The notes under the pieces are model-generated. The model did no database searches. It was not told where the DNA came from and worked only from the letters and a program-made list of their open reading frames with translations. Position numbers and translations under genes: made by a program. 36,528 nt of DNA from IMG/VR virus record IMGVR_UViG_3300020341_000004, positions 1 to 36,528 of that record; one strand, given 5' to 3'. Position 1 is the first letter of the stretch; every line of letters begins with the position of its first letter. The stretch is from a virus (lineage: Duplodnaviria; Caudoviricetes). Below, one piece after another: positions 28,901 through 36,528 of this stretch.

Positions 28901-31900
28901 TGCTGGTCAGGTTCTCAAGTATAACGGCACTAATTGGGTAAACGATACAGACGCTACTAGTAGCGGAGGTTCTGGTATTGCTCTAACAGATCTATCTGTT
29001 ACTACAAATTCTGTTGGTACAGCAGCACTATCTTATAATAATACCACAGGTGTATTCAGTTACACACCACCAGATCTATCAGCATATTTAACTTCAGTTT
29101 CAATTAACATTGGTGATATTAACAACGTTGCTGCTACAACACCAAATGATGGTGATGTCCTTACTTGGAATGCATCGTTGTCAACTTGGCAACCTGCAGC
29201 AGCAAGTGGTGGTGCATCTGGATCTGGAACAACACATCAGTGGGCAGATGGTGTAGAAGCTTCTGGATGGTATTCAAGTGACCTTTCAGACTACATGTTC
29301 AATGGAAATCTATCCCTATTTGCAAAAGCAGAGACTGCGGGTACAGATTACCTAGGATGGGATAATAGTGCTAACGGTGCAAATCTCCCTGTACTTAATG
29401 GTCCTGTAGAGATTTTTATTAGATATGCAGATGTTGGAAATTACACTTATGAAGTAAATGGTGTAACTGTTACTCCAGATTTAACTGGAGTAGATACAAA
29501 TGGTGATTGGATTACTCTTACTTCTGGAACTGCTGGTAGTTTTAGAGTTACAGCTCCATCAACTTCATCTAATATTCAAATTGCTGGTGTTAAATCAAAC
29601 GGATTGTTACTAACTCCAACTGCATTGTATGGCGGCAGTTCTGGTGGTGGTTCTACCTTCAATTTAGATGCAAACTTAAATACCAGCACTGCATCTGCAG
29701 GTGAAATTCTCAGTTGGAATGGAACTGATTATGAATGGGTTGCTGATCAAACTGGATCTGGTGCTAGTGCATTTACTAGTCTCACAGATACTCCATCAAC
29801 ATTGACTGCAGATAAATGGATAAAAGTCAACTCTGCTGGTAATGGTATTGAATTTGTAGATGCTCCTTCTGGAGGATCTGGTGGTGGTTCTGGAGTAATT
29901 GTTCCTCCAGGAACTGTTATGAGTTGGGCGGGAGATCAAAATAGTATTCCGTCAGGTTATCAATTATGCGATGGATCTGCAGTATCAAGAACTGTATATT
30001 CAGATCTTTATCTTGCTATAGGAGATACTCATGGTGCTGGTGATGGAAGCACTACATTTAATTTACCAGATTTAAGAAATCGTTTTATTGTTGGTGAAGG
30101 ATCTTCTTACGCTATTGCAGCAACTGGTGGTAGTGCTGATGCTACGCTCGTATCTCACTCTCACAATATCAATAATCACACTCATAGTTTCAGTGGTAGT
30201 GGTAGTGACACAGTTAATATCTCAGTTAGCGGAACTACAAGTAATCAAAGTGCAAACCACACTCATGTCTTTACCACAGACACTCAGGGAAATCACAACC
30301 ACCAATGGGGTACTGATGACAATATGGGTGCTGGTGGTGGAACTAATAACCCAGATGCTAATGGTGGACAAGCTTGGAAAGGAACAACATCAACTAATGG
30401 CGCACACTCTCACAGTGGAACAACTTCTGGTGTAAGTAATGATCACAACCATACTTTTAGTGGTAGTGGTAGCGATAATGTTAGTATTAGTGTAAGCGGA
30501 ACAACTGGTAACCCATCTAATACAGGAACAAATGCACAAGGTTCATCTGCATCTGGTGCAAATTTACCACCATATTATGCGCTTTGTTATATCATCAAAA
30601 TGGATGCAGTTGCTGTTGGAGGAGGAGGTTCTTCTTATACCGACTCTGATGTCAACGCTCATCTCAATACATCGTCTGCTTCTCCAGGTCAAATCCTGAG
30701 TTGGGATGGTTCTGATTTTGTTTGGGTAGATGATCAAACTGGTGGAAGTGGTAGCAGCGGTGGTGGCAGTGGGTATGGACTTCTGCAATCGCAAAATGCA
30801 TCAGGCAGTGAAATATCATTCTCTGGTATTCCTGCAGATGCGAAAGAAATTACAGTAATGTTTGGGAAGGTTGGAGTCACTGATACTTCACAGCATTTAC
30901 TAGTACAGTTAGGAACATCTACTGGTTGGATTGCTGCTGGATACTATGCGTCTTCCGAAGCAGAAAATGGAACTTATGATGTTTCTAGTAGTTCTGGATT
31001 CCCAATTCATAATAGAAATAGTGTAACTAACAATGGGAATCGTTTTACTGGTTCTATGGTTATCAACCTGATGCCAACAGGTTCGTCTAATTCATACACG
31101 CAAATTGGACAATTCCATAGATGGTCTAGTCAGGCTGATGGTACGGATGTTGGTAGTTCATGTCAATCTTTTGGTGTTGTATCTGGTATTGACGATAGTT
31201 TAACAATAACCAGAGTACGAATTCTTGCCAACCATGCAGGTGGTAGTCAAACCTTCACAACTGGTATCCTTGGAGTTTCATATAAAGGCAGTGGTTCTAG
31301 TGGTTCTGGTACTGGTACTGGTATAACTGATGGTGATAAGGGTGATATTACAGTAACAAGTTCTGGTTCTACTTGGACTATTGATGACGGAGTTATCTCT
31401 ACAGCAAAGATTGCCACAGGAGCAGTAAATTCTGGAAAACTAGCTACAAACTCTGTAACAACTGTAGCGATAGAAGCAGGAGCAGTAACGATTGCTAAAA
31501 TCGGTGCTAGTGGAACTCCAGATGCAACAACATTCCTAAGAGGAGATGGAAACTGGGTAATTCCTCCATCAAGTGGTAGTGGTATTGCTTTGACTGATCT
31601 TTCAGTTACTGTCAATTCACCAGGAACTGCTAACTTTACGTATAGCAATTCTACAGGAGTCTTTACATATACTCCACCAGATCTTTCTGCATACTCCACA
31701 TTCTCGGGAAGTTATAATGATCTAACTGACAAACCAACATTATTCTCTGGATCTTATGATGATCTAACAAATAAACCAGTACTATTCTCTGGAGATTATA
31801 ATGATTTAACTAACAAACCAACAGTTCCATCAGGAATTGATGATCTAAATGATGTAACTATAAGTGCTGTTAGCAATGGTTCTCCTGCAGACGGAGATGT

Positions 31901-32639
31901 ATTGACATGGAGCACATCTTCTGGACAATGGGTAAATCAACAACCTAGTGGAGGTGGTGGTGGAACTACTACTGCCCCTGCAGACGACAGTCCTGTTGGA
32001 GTAATCTCTATGTGGGCTGGTTCTACGAGTAGTATACCAGATGGATGGCAATTGTGTGATGGTAGTTCCGCAGCAACATCTGAATTGCAGTCTGTTGTAG
32101 GATCCACTGTTCCTGATCTCAGAGATAAATTCATTGTCGGTGCTGGGAATACTTATTCAGTTGGAAACACAGGTGGAAGTGCAAATGCAGTTGTGGTTCA
32201 ACATAGTCACACTGGAGAGACTCATACCCATGGAATAAACACATCTTTTAATATTAATGCTAGTGGCACTACTAGTATTGAAGATGTTCCTCACACGCAC
32301 CCTATTGCAGGAACTGTAGGAACTGGTTCTGGATTGAATGCTGGTGCAGATTACACTGGCAATTATTCACCACGAAGCACAAATGCTGCGACTGATACAA
32401 ATCATAGTCACACATTTAGTATTAATACTACAGCAAGTCTTTCTGGAAGCACTGACAATAGTGGAGGAGGAAATACTGGTACAGAAGGTGTAAATGCAGA
32501 AGGCAAAAACTTGCCACCATATTACTCACTATGTTACATCATCAAGAATGATGCGTCTCTGTATCTGAAGTCTCCTAATGGAACATCATTTAGATTAAGT
32601 GTTGATAACTCAGGAAATGTTAGTGCTACTTCAGTGTGA
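25953..32639 (+). CDS. Giant tail fibre 2 (2228 aa) with four collar/needle modules
   Basis: Four phage tail-collar motifs (PxG.I..W.G...IP.GW.LCDG...PDLR..F..G), each followed by HxH motifs and closed by N(L/I/R)PPY(Y/F)(A/S)LC; G/S/T-rich repeats between them. Confidence 0.92.
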   Translation: MVLRNVAKTFSLEEQRQEINLIAQDLHDLATNYVSVESDPIFTASVAAGISSTDVTNWNTAYSWGDHAQAGYLTTASLSGNVANWDAAYGWGDHSQAGYLTSETDPVFAASDAAAVTAAKISNWDNAYSWGDHSLSGYATQTFVNTALTNLNNWDTAYGWGDHSAAGYITNISSFSIGDLSDVDVTTSTPQNQETLFWSGTNWVPGPIPQTGIEYADLSVVVASTPFGNGNLTYNDSLGEFTFTPPVTFSGSYNDLSNTPNIPSQLNDLSDVIVAGTINNNDVISWDGAHWTPTPLSSLGGGIALTNLSVTVNAPGSANLSYNNTTGVFSYTPPDLSAYLTSVTINLSEISDVNISGTPANNAVLKYSTSTNQWELAVDDNDAGLALTDFSVSNNSASGGGSLAYNDSSGVFSFTPPVLPDQLNNFTDVNISGTPANGDILKYNASTSQWELGQESTPQNSAGEPVGTIAAWAGGVADIPSGWLLCDGGLVSRTTYADLFAAVGTLHSGGDGSTSFGLPDLRNKFIVGAHSDQGSGQVFDVETGAVTGHYAPGDEGGEVAHKLTIAEMPEHSHTEVGWSFQTTAASPGPGGAGTTSNNASGLSGDDNYHENRPPYFALCWIVKALPGAASANTGGGGGSGGGGGSIDLTAFTVNVATAGTANLSYNNLTGVFTYTPPDLSGYSTFSGSYNDLTDKPNIPQSLNDLLDVVISGTPADGAVIKYNSSNSRWELGSDTGGTASSGGGSLPQGSIIMWSGDTSSIPTGWQLCDGTNGTPDLRNRFIMGAGDTYPVGNTGGNADSVVVEHSHTINDHNHTFSGSGSDNVDISVSGTTGNQSQSHNHSFTTSSSGDHRHDGTVPTPLYVPSGDTDRGENHSIFSADNSQTQVTTYAGDHNHSGTTGGQSDNHNHSFSGSGSDTVNISVSGTTGVQSDSGTSTAGSSGTGTNIPPYYALCFIYCVTPGGGTTTGATDLDDLTDVVITSPTAGQVLKYNGTNWVNDTDATSSGGSGIALTDLSVTTNSVGTAALSYNNTTGVFSYTPPDLSAYLTSVSINIGDINNVAATTPNDGDVLTWNASLSTWQPAAASGGASGSGTTHQWADGVEASGWYSSDLSDYMFNGNLSLFAKAETAGTDYLGWDNSANGANLPVLNGPVEIFIRYADVGNYTYEVNGVTVTPDLTGVDTNGDWITLTSGTAGSFRVTAPSTSSNIQIAGVKSNGLLLTPTALYGGSSGGGSTFNLDANLNTSTASAGEILSWNGTDYEWVADQTGSGASAFTSLTDTPSTLTADKWIKVNSAGNGIEFVDAPSGGSGGGSGVIVPPGTVMSWAGDQNSIPSGYQLCDGSAVSRTVYSDLYLAIGDTHGAGDGSTTFNLPDLRNRFIVGEGSSYAIAATGGSADATLVSHSHNINNHTHSFSGSGSDTVNISVSGTTSNQSANHTHVFTTDTQGNHNHQWGTDDNMGAGGGTNNPDANGGQAWKGTTSTNGAHSHSGTTSGVSNDHNHTFSGSGSDNVSISVSGTTGNPSNTGTNAQGSSASGANLPPYYALCYIIKMDAVAVGGGGSSYTDSDVNAHLNTSSASPGQILSWDGSDFVWVDDQTGGSGSSGGGSGYGLLQSQNASGSEISFSGIPADAKEITVMFGKVGVTDTSQHLLVQLGTSTGWIAAGYYASSEAENGTYDVSSSSGFPIHNRNSVTNNGNRFTGSMVINLMPTGSSNSYTQIGQFHRWSSQADGTDVGSSCQSFGVVSGIDDSLTITRVRILANHAGGSQTFTTGILGVSYKGSGSSGSGTGTGITDGDKGDITVTSSGSTWTIDDGVISTAKIATGAVNSGKLATNSVTTVAIEAGAVTIAKIGASGTPDATTFLRGDGNWVIPPSSGSGIALTDLSVTVNSPGTANFTYSNSTGVFTYTPPDLSAYSTFSGSYNDLTDKPTLFSGSYDDLTNKPVLFSGDYNDLTNKPTVPSGIDDLNDVTISAVSNGSPADGDVLTWSTSSGQWVNQQPSGGGGGTTTAPADDSPVGVISMWAGSTSSIPDGWQLCDGSSAATSELQSVVGSTVPDLRDKFIVGAGNTYSVGNTGGSANAVVVQHSHTGETHTHGINTSFNINASGTTSIEDVPHTHPIAGTVGTGSGLNAGADYTGNYSPRSTNAATDTNHSHTFSINTTASLSGSTDNSGGGNTGTEGVNAEGKNLPPYYSLCYIIKNDASLYLKSPNGTSFRLSVDNSGNVSATSV
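26121..26462 (+). repeat. Four NW(D/N)xAYxWGDHxxxGY protein repeats
   Basis: Visible in the translation; two more copies at about 32839-33015 in fibre 3. Confidence 0.9.
26913..26981 (+). repeat. 69-nt direct repeat, copy 1 (copy 2 at 29031-29099)
   Basis: Hand alignment: 5 mismatches, all synonymous C/T; encodes SYNNTTGVFSYTPPDLSAYLTSV. Confidence 0.9.
27960..28041 (+). repeat. 82-nt direct repeat, copy 1 (copy 2 at 31656-31737)
   Basis: Hand alignment: 4 mismatches; encodes GVFTYTPPDLS(G/A)YSTFSGSYNDLTDKP. Confidence 0.9.
31701..31826 (+). repeat. Tandem 3 x 42-nt (14-aa) repeat FSGxYxDLTxKPxx
   Basis: FSGSYNDLTDKPTL / FSGSYDDLTNKPVL / FSGDYNDLTNKPTV. Confidence 0.9.
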
Positions 32640-32640
32640 C

Positions 32641-32648
32641 GATAAATA
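32641..32648 (+). promoter_or_regulatory. Late promoter (GATAAATA) for fibre 3
   Basis: NATAAATA in the 40-nt intergenic gap, 31 nt before ATG 32680. Confidence 0.75.
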
Positions 32649-32679
32649 ATCAAAAGACTGTTCTATTAACGGAATATCA

Positions 32680-34989
32680 ATGGTACTCAGGAATGTAGCG
32701 AAAACTTTTAGTTTAGAACAGCAACGTGTAGAAATCAATTTAATTGCTGCTGATCTTTATAGTTTATCTCAAGTATCGGAAACTGACCCGATATTTGGGG
32801 CAGCTCCTGCTGCTTCCATTACGGCACAGCAAATTACTAACTGGGATTTAGCGTATACTTGGGGAGACCATGGTGCCGTAGGATACCTAACGTCTTTCAC
32901 AGAAACTGATCCTATATTCATTGCTTCTCCTGCTGCAAATATTACACAACAGCATATTACTAATTGGGATAGTGCATATAGTTGGGGTAATCATGCAAAT
33001 GCTGGATACTTAACTAGCAATGCAATTGTTGTTGCGGATATTGCTCCAGCATCTCCTGCGTCAGGAGATCTTTGGTGGAACAGCAATTCAGGTGTATTGA
33101 AGATATACTACCAAGATGTAGATACATCTCAATGGGTTGACGCATCACCAACCGCATCTTCTGTACAGGGTGCAAAGGTAATTACTTCAGATTTACCACC
33201 AATGAATCCCATACAGGGAGATTTGTGGTGGAATTCTTCTGAGGGTTCTTTAAAAGTATACTTCAGCGATGGAGATTCCAATCAGTGGGTTGATGCATCT
33301 CCTGGTGGTGTTATTACTGGAGGAGGTGCCTCAGTAACAACTTCGGATGCTCCTCCATCTAATGCAGCAGATGGAGATCTTTGGTGGCAGTCTGATGTTG
33401 GTGTATTAAAAATATATTATGATGATGGTAACACACAACAATGGGTTGATGCATCCCCAGGTGGAACTGGTTCTGCACCACCATCAATTTTACATGCTGA
33501 TGTAGCATCATTTCCTGCAGTAGGAGCATCGGAAAGTCTCTTTGCATATGCAGATGATACTGGATCCATGTACTATTCCAACGGTGTCAGTTGGACTAGT
33601 CAGAGATTAGTAACAACTAATAGCGTAACTTCATCTGATTTTGCAACTCTACTGACTAATAGTCAATTAACATATACAATTAATGCTCTAGATCATACTG
33701 GTGGCACTACTGAAGAGAACAATAACAGAAAAGTAATAAGACTTGAAGATTCTAGTGGCACTACGGATCAGTTAGTTCTCGTAGCAGGAAATGGACTATC
33801 AATTAGTAAAAATGGAGATGAGATTGAATTAGTTAATGATGTAGCAAATTCTACTTACTCTATTTCTGCAGAAAATGCTACTGGTGCCGCAGATACATTA
33901 TTCGTATTAACTGATAATGCTGGTGCTACTGACGGTATTAAATTTGCTGGTGCAGATGGATTAACAGTAGAAAGAACTGACGAAAATACAATTACATTTA
34001 GAGCACCTTCTGGTGCTAGTGGTGGAACATATACAGCAGAAGACGCTCAAGATGCTGCATCCCAGTTATTCATTAATGGATCTCATACTGGAATTTCTTT
34101 CACATATAATGACGCCAACAACACTATTGATGCAACCGTAACAGGCGGTGGTGGAGGTGGAGGGACCACATACGATTTACTTGGTTCAAACACCACTAGC
34201 AACAATGCAATTCTAACATTGCGTGATGCTAATAACAATGATGATAGTATTGAATTTGCAGGGAGTAACGGAACTGATATTTCCTGGGATAATGCTAACA
34301 ATAGAATTACAATTAACAGCACTGCACCTGTACAACCTGACTGGGATGCCACATCAGGTCTTGGTGAAATTCTAAACAAACCAACAATCCCTTCAGCATA
34401 TACATTACCTGCTGCTACAACATCAACTTTAGGTGGTGTCATTCCTGATGGTACTACTATCACAGTAGACGCCAACGGTAATATTGCTGCAGCTGCGGGT
34501 GGGTATGTTTTACCTACAGCAAGTGCTACTGTTCTAGGTGGTATTAAAATTGGTAGTGGATTGTCTATTGACGGCAACGGTGTAGTCAATGCTACAGGTG
34601 GATCAACAGTACCACAGATTCAAGATCTTACTGGAACTACAGGTTCGGTTGCTGACAATAATACTACAGAACTAAATATTACAGGTTACAAAGCCTACGC
34701 ATTGTTTAAAATAACAGTTGATACTGAAGCATGGGTAAGAGTATATGTTGATGATGCATCTAGAGATGCAGATTTAACACGTAGTGAAGGTCAAGATCCT
34801 ACCCCAGGCAGCGGTGTTATTGCTGAAGTAAGAACCAGCGGAGCAGAATCTATTCTAACCTCTCCTGGTATTATGGGATTTAACAATGACAATCCTAGAA
34901 CAGATAACATTTATCTTTCCGTCACTAATAGAAGTGGCAATCCTACCCCAATTACAGTCACTCTAACGGCACTACAAATCGGAGAATAA
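32680..34989 (+). CDS. Fibre protein 3 (769 aa)
   Basis: Same MVLRNVAKTFSLE.QR.EINLIA N-terminus; 2 WG(D/N)H repeats, 3 GDLWW...QWVDASP repeats, 2 YxLPxA...LGG repeats; C-terminal AWVRVY...PGSGVIAEV domain. Confidence 0.88.
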   Translation: MVLRNVAKTFSLEQQRVEINLIAADLYSLSQVSETDPIFGAAPAASITAQQITNWDLAYTWGDHGAVGYLTSFTETDPIFIASPAANITQQHITNWDSAYSWGNHANAGYLTSNAIVVADIAPASPASGDLWWNSNSGVLKIYYQDVDTSQWVDASPTASSVQGAKVITSDLPPMNPIQGDLWWNSSEGSLKVYFSDGDSNQWVDASPGGVITGGGASVTTSDAPPSNAADGDLWWQSDVGVLKIYYDDGNTQQWVDASPGGTGSAPPSILHADVASFPAVGASESLFAYADDTGSMYYSNGVSWTSQRLVTTNSVTSSDFATLLTNSQLTYTINALDHTGGTTEENNNRKVIRLEDSSGTTDQLVLVAGNGLSISKNGDEIELVNDVANSTYSISAENATGAADTLFVLTDNAGATDGIKFAGADGLTVERTDENTITFRAPSGASGGTYTAEDAQDAASQLFINGSHTGISFTYNDANNTIDATVTGGGGGGGTTYDLLGSNTTSNNAILTLRDANNNDDSIEFAGSNGTDISWDNANNRITINSTAPVQPDWDATSGLGEILNKPTIPSAYTLPAATTSTLGGVIPDGTTITVDANGNIAAAAGGYVLPTASATVLGGIKIGSGLSIDGNGVVNATGGSTVPQIQDLTGTTGSVADNNTTELNITGYKAYALFKITVDTEAWVRVYVDDASRDADLTRSEGQDPTPGSGVIAEVRTSGAESILTSPGIMGFNNDNPRTDNIYLSVTNRSGNPTPITVTLTALQIGE
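33025..33463 (+). repeat. Three GDLWWxSxxGxLKxYxxDxxxxQWVDASP protein repeats
   Basis: Visible in the translation of fibre 3; boundaries approximate. Confidence 0.9.
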
Positions 34990-34994
34990 TTAAC

Positions 34995-36528
34995 ATGGCA
35001 GTTGCAACATCAATCATTGACGTAAATAACGGTAATGCAGGTTGGACCAAAGCAAACGTCATGGATGCTTTAGAAACAGCATTTACTCAGTTAGGATTTA
35101 ATGCAGGTACAGAAGTAACAGGTGTTCCTCAGGCATGTATTTCTCCAACAGGGACTCATGCTGTAGTCGGATCTGTTGACGGTGATTGGGATCAGGCAAG
35201 TAATGGAGATGCTGCACCAGATATTGGTGATTGGGGTGGAAGTCAAACTCAGTATTTCACCGTTGAAGAAGTGGGATCTGAGTATAGAGTTCTAAAACAA
35301 GTACAAAGAAGTAATTACGCACCATATTACAACGCCTTGCTAGATGTTACAACTAATGAAGTTAAAGCAACAAGGCACGGTTTTAGCACTGGAGATTCTG
35401 TTAGATATCTTCCAGGAGAAACTGATGCTGCCTATGGAATTGGGGATCTAGCACCAGACACGCTAGTTTATGTAATTGTCACTGGAAGAGATTCATTTAA
35501 AGTTGCAACATCTGCAGCAAATGCAGCAACTGGTACTGAAATTACTCTTGATTCCTATGCATCAGTTAAAGTATTTTCTGTAGTTTGGCAGCAAGAAGCA
35601 GTTACAGCAACTGATTATATCAATCCAACACTTAAAATTTATCAAGGAGATACCATTGAGTTAGTTAGCGATGCTGGTAACTCAACTAATATAACAATTT
35701 GTGCAGATACTGCGACATTTAATACAAATCAAAGAGTTGTTATTGGAGATCCTGATTTTGGTTCATATCCTTATGAGACATATTCCAATAGATCAAATCC
35801 TACTAACATTAGTTGTGTTCCAGGAGCTATATTAACGTGGGCTACTCAAACATGGCCACAGACAGAAACTGAACGAACTATTCCATTAGAACTTGTAAAT
35901 CCTTCATATCAAGATATTCCAGGAGAAGCAGGAAATGGTATATGTAATTACATTTATTGTAGTGAAACTACGTCAACTGCTATAGGTGCTATTGAACTTC
36001 TCCCTAGTCACATAAGTTATACTGGTGAGCGTTATCCATATTGGAAATATACAGTTCCTGCATCTGGTTCTAGATCGGAATTAAAACTAAGAGTTTGGAG
36101 ATATGGATATAATAATGGAAAGGTTGGTAATGTAACTATTCATTCTATTGGATCGGGATGGTCTGATAACGAAGTATTTACTATCCCTGGCGAATTAGTT
36201 GGTGGAACGGCAACTACTGGAGATATTCGTTTTGGTGTACGTTCTCCAGAAACTTCTTCTGGTGGAAATGATGGTACAGCAACTTTAACAACGACTACAT
36301 TTGGTGGTGGTTCTAGTATGCACCAAAAACATAAAGATGGTAATTTTGGTATTCTAAAAGTATTGAATGATGCTACTAAAAAATATAGTCATACATACTA
36401 CTCTTTCTTATTAAGAGAGTATAACACTAGTGCTTGGAGGATGTATGTCAAGTGTGGCAATGGATGGGATTGGTTAAATTACCCAGGAACTAGTTCGGAT
36501 CAGAGTCATGGATCTGAGTTTGGTAGGT
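34995..36528 (+). CDS. Probable virion structural / fibre-associated protein, 3'-truncated (not in ORF track)
   Basis: ATG 34995 with GGAG upstream; MAVATSIIDVNNGNAGWTKANVMDALETAF... and an HGFSTGDSVRY beta-repeat. The first ~160 codons were hand-translated without a stop; absence from the ORF track is consistent with an ORF open to the window end. Confidence 0.85.
   Translation, partial: MAVATSIIDVNNGNAGWTKANVMDALETAFTQLGFNAGTEVTGVPQACISPTGTHAVVGSVDGDWDQASNGDAAPDIGDWGGSQTQYFTVEEVGSEYRVLKQVQRSNYAPYYNALLDVTTNEVKATRHGFSTGDSVRYLPGETDAAYGIGDLAPDTLVYVIVTGRDSFKVATSAANAATGTEITLDSYASVKVFSVVWQQEAVTATDYINPTLKIYQGDTIELVSDAGNSTNITICADTATFNTNQRVVIGDPDFGSYPYETYSNRSNPTNISCVPGAILTWATQTWPQTETERTIPLELVNPSYQDIPGEAGNGICNYIYCSETTSTAIGAIELLPSHISYTGERYPYWKYTVPASGSRSELKLRVWRYGYNNGKVGNVTIHSIGSGWSDNEVFTIPGELVGGTATTGDIRFGVRSPETSSGGNDGTATLTTTTFGGGSSMHQKHKDGNFGILKVLNDATKKYSHTYYSFLLREYNTSAWRMYVKCGNGWDWLNYPGTSSDQSHGSEFGR

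Noticed and set aside
26121-33463. CRISPR-like repeat-spacer array
   Set aside because: The repeats are degenerate at third codon positions, irregularly spaced and explained as protein repeats.
383-34589. Minus-strand and alternative-frame ORFs in the track (e.g. 31247..31699, 34083..34589, 30088..30435, 901..1119)
   Set aside because: They lie on top of well-supported + strand genes and have low-complexity shadow compositions caused by Gly/Ser/Thr codon bias.
25953-34989. Diversity-generating retroelement (template/variable repeat pair) acting on the fibres
   Set aside because: Mismatches between repeat copies are mostly synonymous and not adenine-specific, all copies lie in coding sequence, and there is no reverse transcriptase in the window.
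24186-34989. Invertible shufflon of fibre tips
   Set aside because: All repeats found are direct, no silent opposite-strand cassettes were seen, and there is no recombinase gene.
1-36528. Apparent abundance of GATC and CTAG and scarcity of GGCC
   Set aside because: Visual impression only; it needs a k-mer count against a codon-preserving shuffle before any claim can be made.

Overview
Virion-structure region of a T4-like marine cyanomyovirus (Synechococcus/Prochlorococcus phage type), with all real genes on the + strand. Order: overlapping small ORFs, PAAR spike-tip protein, a 48-aa basic peptide missed by the ORF track, conserved hypothetical proteins, a 2OG-Fe(II) oxygenase, baseplate genes gp25-gp6-gp7 (3141 aa)-gp8, a 2705-aa VrlC/DUF4815-like protein, three fibre genes sharing one N-terminal motif, and a final structural gene running off the end. 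Two observations stand out. First, gp7 holds two nested helical domains whose motifs resemble phycobiliproteins, including both bilin-attachment cysteine contexts (KCxRD; ECxxVxSxxTxxxD/E), which raises the hypothesis of a chromophore-bearing virion. Second, the 2228-aa fibre carries four collar plus His-x-His needle modules, each with a different tip, bracketed by near-identical in-frame DNA repeats. All family assignments come from motif recognition by eye; no database search was run.
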